Shown here: piece after piece, positions 20,004-29,967 of the stretch | How positions within the stretch are numbered: the first letter of the stretch is position 1 | How the letters are laid out: every line of letters begins with the position of its first letter | Notes under the pieces: generated by a model | What the model was told of the DNA's origin: nothing | What the model saw: the letters and a program-made list of their open reading frames with translations, nothing else | Database searches by the model: none | Program-made: the position numbers and the translations under genes | Assembly: GCA_009015555.1 (NCBI GenBank) | Contig: GCA_009015555.1_3613.1 | Length of the DNA stretch: 64,000 bases | Reading direction: 5' to 3' (one strand) | Source: a phage

Positions 20004-21488
20004 ATGGCGGAGAATTACGGTTTGACAGGCAGCGGATTTAACCTCCCGCCGATGGACGACCTTGTTCAGGAAACGAAGAAGACTTTCAAGTCCGCCTTTG
20101 GTGAAGATTTCAACACCGAGAGCAACTCCGTTGCCGACAAGCTGATTCAGATTTTTAACGAGCGAGAGTATCAACTCTGGCTCCTGATGGGTTCTGTTTA
20201 CTACGCCCAGACCATGCAGGGTGCCGAAGGCATTTACCTGGATGACCTCTTGGGCAAGCGCGGTATCTACCGCCTCGGCAAGACCCGCAGTACCGGGACA
20301 GTCGTGATGACGATCGACTCCTCAGTCCCGTATAACATGATTTATTCCGCCGCTACTTATACAATCGACACCGATTATGAACTGTCTTCTGACGTTCAGG
20401 TAGCAGGTAATATTGTGGCCCAGCTTATTAAGGGTACTGATTTGTCAGTCGGAACTTACCGCCTGCAAATTCAGAACACAACCGACCAGTCTGTAAAAAC
20501 CCTCTCCCTGAATTTGACCGCGACCTCTGGTCAGCCCTTGATGACATTCTTCGGGCAGATCAAGGACTTTATCGTGAACAACACGATCCTGTCCAACCAA
20601 GATCGTATCTGGATCGATTCCACAGAGGGTGCGCTGTACATCGGTTATGATACTAACAAGAACATGATCGGCTTGTCAAGTCGCGTGGACTTCCGTACTA
20701 ACCCGATGGCTGGCACTCGCAGCATCTCTATGGATGTTCGCTCAATTGAACCGGGCTACATTTCCCGTGATGTCCATTCTGTCCGTAGCATCAACCCGAC
20801 CCCGGGTGGATTTGTTGATATTGATAACCTGTCTGCGTTTATCGACGGCTCTGATGTTGAGTCAGATAACGAATACCGCATCCGTGCAGCGACCTCCATC
20901 AACGAGGGCAAAGCAACCCGCCCGGCGATCCTTGCAGCGTTGCTGAACAAGGTGGAAGGTATCGAGAAGGTTCGTATCTTTAACAACAACACGGACAAGA
21001 CAAACAGTCTTGGAATCCCGCCCTATCGTTTCATGACTGTGTGTTATGGTGGCGGTACTGCTGAGATCAGTCAGGTTCTTTACGACACGATTGCAGCCTC
21101 TAACAACACGTATGGAGACACCTTCTACGATATCACCACAGAAGATGACCAAGTGGAACGTATTTGGCACACCAAGGCCACTGCCCGGCAGTTGGCTATT
21201 CGTGTTCGGTATCGAGGACGACCACTCTCCGTGACAGAGGAAACAACGATTGCCAATGGTTTGGCGACGGCTGTTAATGGAACGATGATTGCGGGCACCC
21301 TGTACAACGTTCGCTTGGTGGGCACTGTGATGAGTTCTACCTCTCCGGACCGTTTCACACAGGTCTATGTGGACATCAAAAACAAGGGCGAGCCGGATTC
21401 AGCATACGTTAACACTGACGTTACCGCAGGGACTACGCAGGTATTCTCCTTGGAGCCGGAAGACGTAATTTTCAGCCAGATTGTGTAA
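20004..21488 (+). CDS. baseplate J-like protein
   Basis: Track ORF 19953..21488; ATG at 20004 has AGGAGG; about 495 aa; position in baseplate block. Confidence 0.45.
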   Translation: MAENYGLTGSGFNLPPMDDLVQETKKTFKSAFGEDFNTESNSVADKLIQIFNEREYQLWLLMGSVYYAQTMQGAEGIYLDDLLGKRGIYRLGKTRSTGTVVMTIDSSVPYNMIYSAATYTIDTDYELSSDVQVAGNIVAQLIKGTDLSVGTYRLQIQNTTDQSVKTLSLNLTATSGQPLMTFFGQIKDFIVNNTILSNQDRIWIDSTEGALYIGYDTNKNMIGLSSRVDFRTNPMAGTRSISMDVRSIEPGYISRDVHSVRSINPTPGGFVDIDNLSAFIDGSDVESDNEYRIRAATSINEGKATRPAILAALLNKVEGIEKVRIFNNNTDKTNSLGIPPYRFMTVCYGGGTAEISQVLYDTIAASNNTYGDTFYDITTEDDQVERIWHTKATARQLAIRVRYRGRPLSVTEETTIANGLATAVNGTMIAGTLYNVRLVGTVMSSTSPDRFTQVYVDIKNKGEPDSAYVNTDVTAGTTQVFSLEPEDVIFSQIV

Positions 21489-21497
21489 GGAGCTAAG

Positions 21498-22142
21498 ATG
21501 GCAGAGGAAATTGTACTGAAGGATGTTAACCACATCCACCCTCTGCCGGATTTCGTGAAGGGAGGTTTTGATTACGTCCCTTCCGATATTTTCACAGGCA
21601 AAGAGAACTTCGAGAAGACCCTCCGGATCTTGTTGGAGCGCCTTGAGTATATCGACCAAAAGATGGTTGAACTTGCTGAACTGCGTACCACATTGAACGC
21701 AGAAGACGCCATCCTTGACGAAATCGGCAGACAGTTGGGCATTTACCGTAACGGCCTGAATGACCCCGAGTACCGTGCTGTTATTATGATCTTGACCGGG
21801 AACAACTCCAAGAGCGGGACCCGCGCCGATATCATTGCCACCCTGAAGCAACTCTTCGGGGAAGACGGAGTTACGACCTACAAGGGGCACAACTACCGTC
21901 TCGATATTAACATTTTCAATACCTGTATGGAAGTCACCGACATCCTGCCGGAGATCATCGACATGCTTCCCTTGGTCACTCACCTCCGTGTGGTTGAGAA
22001 CCAGGGTTACCCATTCGGTTTCAACGGTGACGCACAGGCATTTGGGTTCGCATCGGTTTATGACTCAGAGCGTACCGGGGCAGGTGGCATGTCCACCCTA
22101 ATTTATGTATCGGACGACGAGGAAGACTGGTCGTTCACGTGA
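21498..22142 (+). CDS. baseplate or tail protein (P2 gpI-like position)
   Basis: 214-aa ORF with RBS AAGGAG; precedes tail fibre gene. Confidence 0.4.
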   Translation: MAEEIVLKDVNHIHPLPDFVKGGFDYVPSDIFTGKENFEKTLRILLERLEYIDQKMVELAELRTTLNAEDAILDEIGRQLGIYRNGLNDPEYRAVIMILTGNNSKSGTRADIIATLKQLFGEDGVTTYKGHNYRLDINIFNTCMEVTDILPEIIDMLPLVTHLRVVENQGYPFGFNGDAQAFGFASVYDSERTGAGGMSTLIYVSDDEEDWSFT

Positions 22143-22152
22143 GGAGATTTTC

Positions 22153-23808
22153 ATGGCTAAACCAAAGGACCCTATTTACGTTTGGGCTGCTGCCGACGTA
22201 AACCTTCCAGGCACGGGTCGTCCTAACAAATCAAAACCTATTGACGACTTGCTCGCCAAGGGTTACGATAAAGGACAAAAGCCAGCAGCAGAAGAGTTCA
22301 ACTATATCCTGAATATGTCCTCTGCCTGGGTTAACTGGATCGTCAACGAGAAGTTTCCAGAGCTTGAGGCAGAAATCGCCCGGCTCTTGGCAGAACTTGA
22401 AAACCGCATCAACCAGCAGTTGGCTGTTATCCGTCAGGATATTGCCCAACTGAAGCAAGATGTCGCAGACCTTCGTCGGTATGTCGATCAGAAGGTTCAA
22501 GAACTGAAGCAAGAAATCCAAGGCGTCCGAAACGACCTGAACAAACTGCGTCAAGACTTTGATGCTGCGATTGCTCAAGTCAACGGACGAATTGATGACC
22601 TTGAGCCACGCCTTGTTCCAATCGGTGCCGTTATCCCTTGGCCTGGGGCTACAGTCCCTAACGGCTGGTTGGAGTGTAACGGCCAGGTGTTTAATACCGG
22701 GACAAACCCTAAGCTGTATGGAGTCTTGGGGCGTAACGTTGTTCCTGACTACCGTGGTCTCTTCCTGCGCGGCTGGGCACACGGCTCCGGTGCTAACGAT
22801 CCTGATGCTGGTCGTGCTCTCGGTTCTGTTCAGGGTGACGCCATCCGTAACATCACGGGTTACTTCCCTGCGGATATCGGTCAGTCAGGCTGGATCGGTC
22901 GTTACGTTGGTGGTGTGTTCCGGGACGATGGCGCACTGACCTCTGGTGACCAAGGATCTCGTAGTGGTGAAGTACGTAAGTATAGCCTCGATGCTTCCCG
23001 CCAGGTCCCAACGGCCCCGGAAAACCGTCCGAAGAACGTCGCGGTTATGTACATCATCAAGACTGACCAGGCACAATCCTCCGGAGGCAACTCACCAACG
23101 GCGATCGTCGTCTCTCCAGACACAATCACCAACCGTGTAGGATACACCGTCAAAGCGACTGCGAGTGTACTCCCTGCTTCCATCGCAGGTCAATACCCTG
23201 TAACATGGTCTACTCAAAATGCTGCGGTGGCAACGGTTGATGGTTCTGGCAACATCCGCCTTGTAGGGCCGGGTGAAACCAACATCATCGCTTCCATCTC
23301 TACCGGGATGAACGTAGCGATCCGTGTGACGAGCTATTCTGTTCTGACCAGCATCTCCATTGCTGATCCGGGCCAGATTCCGGTCACAGAATCGAAGATG
23401 CTGGTTGTTACCAAAAACCCGGGGAGCGCGAACGAACCTCTGCAATTCCTGTCAAATAACTCCGGTGTTGCGACTGTGAACGACGCAGGTTACGTAACTG
23501 GTGTTTCCCCGGGAAGTGCCACAATCACGGTTCGTGGTACTCTTTCCGGAGTGTCATCAACTCGTTCAGTGACTATTATCCCTGAGCAAGTGGAGGAGAG
23601 CGTACAGGACAACCGTCTCGGTGCGGTAGGATCTTACATCCCACCCGGCAACGAAATCAGTTGGACTTTCCAAGCCCCTCAAGGTTGTGCTCTGACAGGT
23701 ATCATCGTACAAGACGTCGGGTCCAACTCCGCCGACAACATCGGTGGTGTTTATTACAAACCGATCCAGAAGAAAGTTAACGGCGTCTGGGTCACGATCA
23801 CGGGGTAA
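22153..23808 (+). CDS. tail fibre protein with phage tail-collar domain and Ig-like (Big_2-type) repeats
   Basis: Start at ATG 22153 (RBS GAGGAG); N-terminal KPAAEEFNYILN fibre motif, coiled coil, collar motif PWPGATVPNGWLECNGQ...YGVLG, then repeated VTWSTQNAAVATVDGSGNI-type modules. Confidence 0.65.
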   Translation: MAKPKDPIYVWAAADVNLPGTGRPNKSKPIDDLLAKGYDKGQKPAAEEFNYILNMSSAWVNWIVNEKFPELEAEIARLLAELENRINQQLAVIRQDIAQLKQDVADLRRYVDQKVQELKQEIQGVRNDLNKLRQDFDAAIAQVNGRIDDLEPRLVPIGAVIPWPGATVPNGWLECNGQVFNTGTNPKLYGVLGRNVVPDYRGLFLRGWAHGSGANDPDAGRALGSVQGDAIRNITGYFPADIGQSGWIGRYVGGVFRDDGALTSGDQGSRSGEVRKYSLDASRQVPTAPENRPKNVAVMYIIKTDQAQSSGGNSPTAIVVSPDTITNRVGYTVKATASVLPASIAGQYPVTWSTQNAAVATVDGSGNIRLVGPGETNIIASISTGMNVAIRVTSYSVLTSISIADPGQIPVTESKMLVVTKNPGSANEPLQFLSNNSGVATVNDAGYVTGVSPGSATITVRGTLSGVSSTRSVTIIPEQVEESVQDNRLGAVGSYIPPGNEISWTFQAPQGCALTGIIVQDVGSNSADNIGGVYYKPIQKKVNGVWVTITG

Positions 23809-23813
23809 TTAAC

Positions 23814-24329
23814 ATGCGTATGAATAACTTCAAACACTACAACCCGAAGGCGAAAGCCTTCGGGGACGGTGTTCAATATTTTTCTGATGACAAGGGCCGT
23901 GATTTTTACGAGAGTCTCGGCCTGTTTACCAAGAAATATGCGGTCCTTTTCGATGAGTTCGGAATGGTCCGCTTCTTGGTCAAGTCTGTGGATATTTCTA
24001 TGACTTATCCATTGGGCCTGTCTATTTCTGACCTGAACAGCATCCCAAAGGACTTCGACATCATGAAGGGGCCTTGGATGTTCGATGGGAAGAAAATTAC
24101 CAAGGTGGACTTCGACTTGGCTATCGGAACTGCCAAGCGTAAGAAAGCCATCATGGGGTCTCTGTCCAGCCAGATCACACCATTGGCTGATGCAGTGGGA
24201 CTGGGTGAAGCAACAGAAGAGGAGATTGAGAAATATAATGCTCTTCTGAAACTTCGTGTTAAGCTAAATCGGATCTCTGATGACACTCCCGCGAGTGAAA
24301 TTGATTGGTCTGAGTTCACCGCTGCATAA
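23814..24329 (+). CDS. tail fibre assembly protein
   Basis: 171 aa; C-terminal ITPLADAVGLGEATEEE...LLKLRVKLNRISDDTPASEIDW matches conserved tail-fibre-assembly C-terminal region. Confidence 0.55.
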   Translation: MRMNNFKHYNPKAKAFGDGVQYFSDDKGRDFYESLGLFTKKYAVLFDEFGMVRFLVKSVDISMTYPLGLSISDLNSIPKDFDIMKGPWMFDGKKITKVDFDLAIGTAKRKKAIMGSLSSQITPLADAVGLGEATEEEIEKYNALLKLRVKLNRISDDTPASEIDWSEFTAA

Positions 24330-24337
24330 CCTTTCAG

Positions 24338-24357
24338 GCCGGGTATTTGCCCGGCCC
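24338..24357 (+). promoter_or_regulatory. intergenic hairpin (GGCCGGG-TATTTG-CCCGGCC)
   Basis: Inverted repeat between fibre-assembly gene and membrane-protein gene; no T-tract. Confidence 0.3.
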
Positions 24358-24370
24358 CAGGAGAACACAC

Positions 24371-24709
24371 ATGGCTCTTGATATTATGTTGATTCTGAAG
24401 TCTCTTTGGGGTTTGGTGACTTTCCTTCTGTTGGGGGTACTCAAAATCTTTTATTCCGACTTCAAGAAAATGCAGGAGAAGCAGGACGCTCTTGAAAAAG
24501 ATCTGATTCGGCTTCGTGGTGAGATGGTCAGCAAAGATAGTATTGATGACATCCTGGATCGTAAGATCAAGCATATCACCGACACTATTGGCGACATTCG
24601 TGCCGACATCACTGACATGCGGAAAGAGGCCAAAGAAGAGACTAACGCTCTTCAGAAGGACATCCGCTCCGTACTTAACGTCATGTTGGAGAGTCGTCGC
24701 AACAAATGA
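24371..24709 (+). CDS. membrane-anchored coiled-coil protein
   Basis: Track ORF 24347..24709; ATG 24371 with AGGAGA; N-terminal TM helix then heptad-rich region. Confidence 0.5.
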   Translation: MALDIMLILKSLWGLVTFLLLGVLKIFYSDFKKMQEKQDALEKDLIRLRGEMVSKDSIDDILDRKIKHITDTIGDIRADITDMRKEAKEETNALQKDIRSVLNVMLESRRNK

Positions 24710-25164
24710 TCACGTCCATTATTTTTGGACTCTGCTTCGTCATCCTGGCAACTCGCCCGGATGCCGGGGCCAAGATTATGGCGGGGCTTGGCCTCGCCTA
24801 TCTTGTTCTCGAAAACCTGATGTTTTGGTTTTTCAGCGGGGCCGAGTTCTTCGACATCACGCTGTACTTTACCACAGCTTGGGCATTGGATTCAATACTT
24901 TTATTTGCCGTGGCACTCTTTGTCCGAGGGTATCGTCAGGTCGCTGTTTTGGCGCTGGCCCTGCCTCTGATGCTGGTACAAGTATTCGCAATCCAATATC
25001 CAATCTTATTCCCCGATTGGGTTTATTCCTTCGCCGTACAGGATGCACACAGGTATTTCATCGAGGTGTTTATCTTCGTCTATTCCTGGAAGGACAATAC
25101 AGTCTCCGAGTGGCTCAGAACAGGAACCGTTCTGGCACTTGTTATTGTTGCCCATCTGGTGTGA
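24706..25164 (+). CDS. polytopic membrane protein (about 4 TM)
   Basis: 152-aa hydrophobic ORF; start overlaps upstream stop (ATGA). Confidence 0.5.
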   Translation: MITSIIFGLCFVILATRPDAGAKIMAGLGLAYLVLENLMFWFFSGAEFFDITLYFTTAWALDSILLFAVALFVRGYRQVAVLALALPLMLVQVFAIQYPILFPDWVYSFAVQDAHRYFIEVFIFVYSWKDNTVSEWLRTGTVLALVIVAHLV

Positions 25165-25187
25165 CGCATTGATAATGAAGGTGTTCT

Positions 25188-25451
25188 ATGCTAAAATTCT
25201 TCAAAGACCTCGTAACTTCCCCCATCGAACCTGACAAGGCTTCCCACACGAAGTTCTGGTCAAACGTGGGTATGGCGGCTATGACGGCAGTTTTCCTCTG
25301 GTACGGCTTCAACAACACCCTCCCGGAGTGGTATGTTTGGGTTTATGCACCCACAGTAGTAGCACCTCACCTTCTGAGTGACCTCATCAATCTTCGTTGG
25401 GGTATTGCCAAGAAAGAGTCGGAAGTTTCCAACAACGAAGAATCCAAATAA
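25188..25451 (+). CDS. holin-like small membrane protein
   Basis: 87 aa; one or two TM helices; charged C-terminal tail EVSNNEESK; RBS GAAGGTG. Confidence 0.4.
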   Translation: MLKFFKDLVTSPIEPDKASHTKFWSNVGMAAMTAVFLWYGFNNTLPEWYVWVYAPTVVAPHLLSDLINLRWGIAKKESEVSNNEESK

Positions 25452-25463
25452 GAGGAGATTCGC

Positions 25464-28400
25464 GTGTCATCCAATACTGATATCATTGCCCTGTTGAGCA
25501 GCGATGCTGACAAGGCAGTTGACCAGATCATCGAAGACTCCAAACGTCTTCACATCGTGGTCAACGGGACGGGCACCGAGCAGGCTGTTGCAGAGGATGG
25601 GAGCTTGCTCCCGTCTGTTCGCAAAGCGCTGATCGACAACCTGTATTTCAAAACCCCACCTCTTCCCTGGAGAAACGGTGGGTCTGTCAACGAGTTCAAC
25701 CAGCTTTACTCCTTCACCGACGTAAGCGGGAACACCACTTGGTGGTATGCGCCCGGAGCTACGGTATCAAACCCGGTTGTGATGCGTGACAGCCCGATCA
25801 ATGACGGCAAGTTCAAGGTTTTCTTGGACAAAACCAACATCGCCGATATCTATGCCCCTCTGAACTCTCCGAACTTCGTCGGTAACCCCCGTGTGCCTAC
25901 CCCGGCCCCTGGCGACAACAGCCAAACCGTCCCGACAACCGGGTGGGTTCAGTCAGAGATGCAGGACCTGGAAGACCAGATCATTGCCTCTATGAAGGGT
26001 GATTTCGAAAACATCACCGTCCGTAACGATGCCGTTCTCAAAGACACGTATATCAGCGGTGAGTTCATTGTCACCAGTGATAAGTTGTCCGCTGCCAGCG
26101 CCGAAGCAACCTTCCGTCGTATTCGTGTGGTCGGCACCGCAGACAATACTGAGATCGCTTTTGAGCAGAACACCGCACCTCCAGCGGGGGCGAGCACAAA
26201 GACTAACATCAAGCCGTACACGATGTCAACAGGCATCTTGACGATTGACCAGTTGAAAGGAAAATCTGCCCAGATTGGTGATGTTGCTGTTGCCACGGAC
26301 TCCCTGAATGTCGATGGGTACATGCGTGGGGATTACCTGCATCTGGAAGGTAACAACCGAAACAGCACAACCCGCCCTCAGTTGATCGTTGATGGTATTG
26401 CAGAGATCAATACGCTGCGGGTGACTGGAACCATCGAGGGTGTAAAAGCTGATGTTGATGGCTTGGATATTCATCCTCGTAGTGTTATCATCGACGAAGG
26501 TTTGACGGTTGGCAAAGATACCTCCCTGACAGGAAAGCTGACTGTCGGCGGTACAACCAAGGTGAATAACCTGGAGGTTACTGGAACCCTGTCTGGTGTT
26601 GCTATCAGTGTTGACGGTAAAGACATCAAGCCCCGCTCTGTTAACACCGGGAACTTGGTTGCTACTGGCAACGTGCAGATCAGTGGGACGACCACTGCAA
26701 CCGGGAAGATCACAACTCAAGATCTTGAAGTGCTTGGCACACTGACAGCTAACCTCGACCTGTCCGGGTCGGATCTGAGTGTTGATAATATCAACGTTGC
26801 AGAAACCGCGACAATAAAGGATTTGGTGGTTACCGGAAAAACAACCGGGGTCAAAGGTGACGTTGATGGAACCTTGATCAAGCCTTCTTCTGTTCAGGCA
26901 ACGGGCCTTGTGTCAGCAGGTTCATTGTCTACCAATGCAAATGCCTCTATCGGGGGTAACCTGACGGTGACTGGAGAGTTCCGTCCCGCCAGCATGGAAA
27001 CAGGTGCAGTTGAGGCAGATAGTCTGGTTGTTAATGGTAACATTTCCCAGACGACAGGAACAACCTCTGTAGTCAACCTGGTTGTCACAGGAACGACAAC
27101 TGGCGTAACAGCCGATGTCAATGGTGACGACATTTTGCCTCGCTCCGTGACTACTACTGCGGGGGTTAAAGTCGGAACCACCCTCGACGTAACTGGAAAG
27201 ACTACCCTCGGAGATGTTGATTTCACTGGGGTTGTTACCGGGCTTGAACTTGATCTTTCTCAAAAGAACGTGACAGTTAAGTCAATTGCTGCTGTAGATC
27301 CTTCTGCATTTGGGGATGTGACGACAGATAATCTGACCAACAGCGAGAAGATCATCACTCAAGACATCCAAGTTCTGGGTGATATTCTGGATGCTGCGGG
27401 GAATCCTGTCAACACCTTTGATGTTACAGGCAAAGATATTCTGCCAAACAGTGTTCAATCTGCGACGTTTATTCGCGGAAAAACTCTGGACATCAGTGAC
27501 GGTTCCACCCTCCGTGGCCCTGTCGAGTTCCGTAACGGGCTGACAGTAACTCTTGGAGACATCATGTCGCCCCAAGGGAAGGCAACGTTCAACGATGTAC
27601 AGGTCAATGGTGCATTGACGGACGCTAACGGCAACGTCATCGGCTCCGTTGAAAGCATCAAGGGCAAGGACATTGAACCACGCTCCGTTGTGGCTACCGT
27701 GTCTGTACAGGCCCCTCGTCTCCAATCAACTGGGGATATTTTGGGCCAGAGCGCGACAATCACCAATAACGTCTCTGCGGGGACCTTGGGTGTTTCCGGG
27801 TTGACAAACCTGGCAGAAACTCGTGTGAATGCGAAGCTAACAGGGCAATCCACAGAGTTCGAAACTCTGCTCCTGAAGCGCGTTGCTGGTCAAGATACAC
27901 CTCGCTTGGTTGTGCAGGGGGATTCAGATCTCCAGGGGGACCTGAACGTCTCGGGGACCATTACCGGGATTGTTGACCTGACGGCTCAAGATATCCGTAT
28001 GAACAGCCTTGTGCTCGCCGAGGATCTTTCTGCAAGGAATATTACAGGATCAGGCACGGTTCAGGGCGCTAATGGAATTTTCGGCCAGTCTTCCCAGCCC
28101 ACCACCCAGTACGGTTTGCAGTCTCTTTCCAGCGCTAAGGTAGATAAAAACCTCGATGTTGGAGGAAACTTGCGGGTAACTGGGGCCATTACCGGAAGTA
28201 TGGACTTCACAGGGAAGGATATTACCCCACGGAGTGTCGCGGCGTCAGCCGGAATCGGGGCCGTGGATATCACGGCATCCGGCACGACAACGACGAAGGA
28301 CCTTGTGGTCACCGGGACGACAAGTTTTGCGGGAGACAGCGTTTTCAATGCAGGCCAGGTTAAGTCCAAGTTGTTCACCGTTGACATTGGTACTGATATC

Positions 28401-28688
28401 ACTTCAGGATCGGGGTCTTGGATTCCAGACGGGCTTCAGTCCGTTTATAACGTGACGGTTACCGCCGATACCGTTATCGGTTCCATTGCTCAGTTGCCGG
28501 GCGCGGGGACTTACTTCTTCTATATCGAGCAGGATGCTGTTGGGGGCCACACTGTGACCTTTGACCCAGCTTACCTCAAGATTGGTGATGGAGAAGTGGC
28601 TACAGCGCCAAACGCAATCTCTCTGGTCCAAGTAATCTACCGTGGTAAAGGTTCAATCTTCGACTACGTGATTCTTAACCGAGGTTAA
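25464..28688 (+). CDS. long tail fibre protein with internal about 40-aa tandem repeats
   Basis: 1074 aa; GTG start with AGGAG; conserved fibre motif NSPNFVGNPRVPTPAPGDNSQTVPTTGWV; many repeats of VTG..GV.ADVDG.DI.PRSV. Confidence 0.7.
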   Translation: MSSNTDIIALLSSDADKAVDQIIEDSKRLHIVVNGTGTEQAVAEDGSLLPSVRKALIDNLYFKTPPLPWRNGGSVNEFNQLYSFTDVSGNTTWWYAPGATVSNPVVMRDSPINDGKFKVFLDKTNIADIYAPLNSPNFVGNPRVPTPAPGDNSQTVPTTGWVQSEMQDLEDQIIASMKGDFENITVRNDAVLKDTYISGEFIVTSDKLSAASAEATFRRIRVVGTADNTEIAFEQNTAPPAGASTKTNIKPYTMSTGILTIDQLKGKSAQIGDVAVATDSLNVDGYMRGDYLHLEGNNRNSTTRPQLIVDGIAEINTLRVTGTIEGVKADVDGLDIHPRSVIIDEGLTVGKDTSLTGKLTVGGTTKVNNLEVTGTLSGVAISVDGKDIKPRSVNTGNLVATGNVQISGTTTATGKITTQDLEVLGTLTANLDLSGSDLSVDNINVAETATIKDLVVTGKTTGVKGDVDGTLIKPSSVQATGLVSAGSLSTNANASIGGNLTVTGEFRPASMETGAVEADSLVVNGNISQTTGTTSVVNLVVTGTTTGVTADVNGDDILPRSVTTTAGVKVGTTLDVTGKTTLGDVDFTGVVTGLELDLSQKNVTVKSIAAVDPSAFGDVTTDNLTNSEKIITQDIQVLGDILDAAGNPVNTFDVTGKDILPNSVQSATFIRGKTLDISDGSTLRGPVEFRNGLTVTLGDIMSPQGKATFNDVQVNGALTDANGNVIGSVESIKGKDIEPRSVVATVSVQAPRLQSTGDILGQSATITNNVSAGTLGVSGLTNLAETRVNAKLTGQSTEFETLLLKRVAGQDTPRLVVQGDSDLQGDLNVSGTITGIVDLTAQDIRMNSLVLAEDLSARNITGSGTVQGANGIFGQSSQPTTQYGLQSLSSAKVDKNLDVGGNLRVTGAITGSMDFTGKDITPRSVAASAGIGAVDITASGTTTTKDLVVTGTTSFAGDSVFNAGQVKSKLFTVDIGTDITSGSGSWIPDGLQSVYNVTVTADTVIGSIAQLPGAGTYFFYIEQDAVGGHTVTFDPAYLKIGDGEVATAPNAISLVQVIYRGKGSIFDYVILNRG
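26380..28330 (+). repeat. tandem protein-coding repeats within tail fibre gene
   Basis: Recurring G-K/D-DI-x-PRSV and VTGT motifs at roughly 120-nt periodicity. Confidence 0.5.
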
Positions 28689-28691
28689 TAC

Positions 28692-28716
28692 AGCCGCCTT
28701 CGGGCGGCTTTTATTT
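28692..28716 (+). terminator. rho-independent terminator
   Basis: AGCCGCC-TTCG-GGCGGCT stem followed by TTTATTTT. Confidence 0.5.
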
Positions 28717-28726
28717 TGGAGGTATT

Positions 28727-29923
28727 ATGTTTCCTTTTGCTATTATTCCACCGTTTGTTCTTTCAGGCAAGGAAAAAATCAAGCAGTTTTCGGTTACGTC
28801 TTACGACAGTATGGTCCTGACTGATAAGGGGAACCTGTATGTTACAGGATTCAACCGGGTGGGTGAGCTTGGTGTTGGGGACACAACTAACCGAAATAAC
28901 CAATGGGTTTTGGTAATGCAGGACGTAAACTGGATTGCAAGCAACCGTGAGAAGCTGTGGGCAATTAAGAACGACGGTTCCATTTACACCCCGGATCTTC
29001 GGTCATCCAGTACAACTGCATATACTTGGCAAATCGACACGGTAGCACCTGGAAGTATTGGGGATTTGTCTGGGGATAATATCAAGGAGATTTACAGCGA
29101 CACAGAGAGCGTATATATCCTCAAAAAGGATGGTTCACTGTGGTATCTGGGAAATAACTCTAAAGGCCAAGCTGGAAACGGGGGAACTTCCTTAACCACA
29201 CGCTTTGTGAAGGTTTCAGATGGTGTGGTATCTTGGTCATCCAGTGGACCCACTGTTGTTTTCGTGAAAACAGACGGATACTTCTGGGGCTGCGGATCAA
29301 ATTCCCGAAATATCATTTCCTCTGCTGGCAGCAGTATCACAACCCCTACCCGGATGTTTAGCACCACCCACGCTGACGGAGGTGTTGTAACAGATTACAC
29401 GCTGGCCTCTGACCAAGCGTTTTTGATCAGATATAGTAATGGTAAATATCGTACCAAAGGTCTCAATATCGGACAACTTCCTTCAGGGGATGCAAGTCCA
29501 TACAATACCCTTACGGACGTTCCTGACGGATACACCCCCGGTGATGGAACGGAGCCTCTGGTAAGCAAAACAGGAGGGGTGTCGGCCTCTGGAACTTGGC
29601 CTAACTATAGTGGTCTTTTCTTCTACCATACGGGAGGGAAATTCATAGTCACTGGTCAAGCAAGCGGGAGAATTTCCGGGACCAGCCAAACCAGCGGTAC
29701 ACTCTCAAACTGGACCAATGTCGATGCGGCAAGTGACGAGATCCCATCTATCAAGGGAATGACCTTCGGACTGGGTTGGGTTGCTGCCTACAACGATACG
29801 CAGATTCTGTACTGGGGGTATACGGGAAACTCCTCTGCATATCCGGTTGTGGGATACCTAATGCCCGGACCTTCAAGGCTTGAATATGTGGCACGTTTTG
29901 CAACCCCGCCGATCGAGGCATAA
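28727..29923 (+). CDS. RCC1-like beta-propeller repeat protein (fibre-associated by position)
   Basis: 398 aa; repeated G.N..G.LG.G-type blades (GFNRVGELGVGD, GNNSKGQAGNG, WGCGSNS); RBS GGAGG. Confidence 0.5.
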   Translation: MFPFAIIPPFVLSGKEKIKQFSVTSYDSMVLTDKGNLYVTGFNRVGELGVGDTTNRNNQWVLVMQDVNWIASNREKLWAIKNDGSIYTPDLRSSSTTAYTWQIDTVAPGSIGDLSGDNIKEIYSDTESVYILKKDGSLWYLGNNSKGQAGNGGTSLTTRFVKVSDGVVSWSSSGPTVVFVKTDGYFWGCGSNSRNIISSAGSSITTPTRMFSTTHADGGVVTDYTLASDQAFLIRYSNGKYRTKGLNIGQLPSGDASPYNTLTDVPDGYTPGDGTEPLVSKTGGVSASGTWPNYSGLFFYHTGGKFIVTGQASGRISGTSQTSGTLSNWTNVDAASDEIPSIKGMTFGLGWVAAYNDTQILYWGYTGNSSAYPVVGYLMPGPSRLEYVARFATPPIEA

Positions 29924-29925
29924 TA

Positions 29926-29954
29926 AAAAGGCACCCTAACGGGTGCCTTTCTTT
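29926..29954. terminator. bidirectional rho-independent terminator at the convergence of plus and minus gene blocks
   Basis: AAGGCACCC-TAAC-GGGTGCCTT stem flanked by A-run upstream and T-run downstream. Confidence 0.6.
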
Positions 29955-29967
29955 TTATCATGACAAC

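Noticed and set aside
25464-28688. Diversity-generating retroelement targeting the tail fibre
   Set aside because: No reverse transcriptase gene and no template-repeat copy found in the window.
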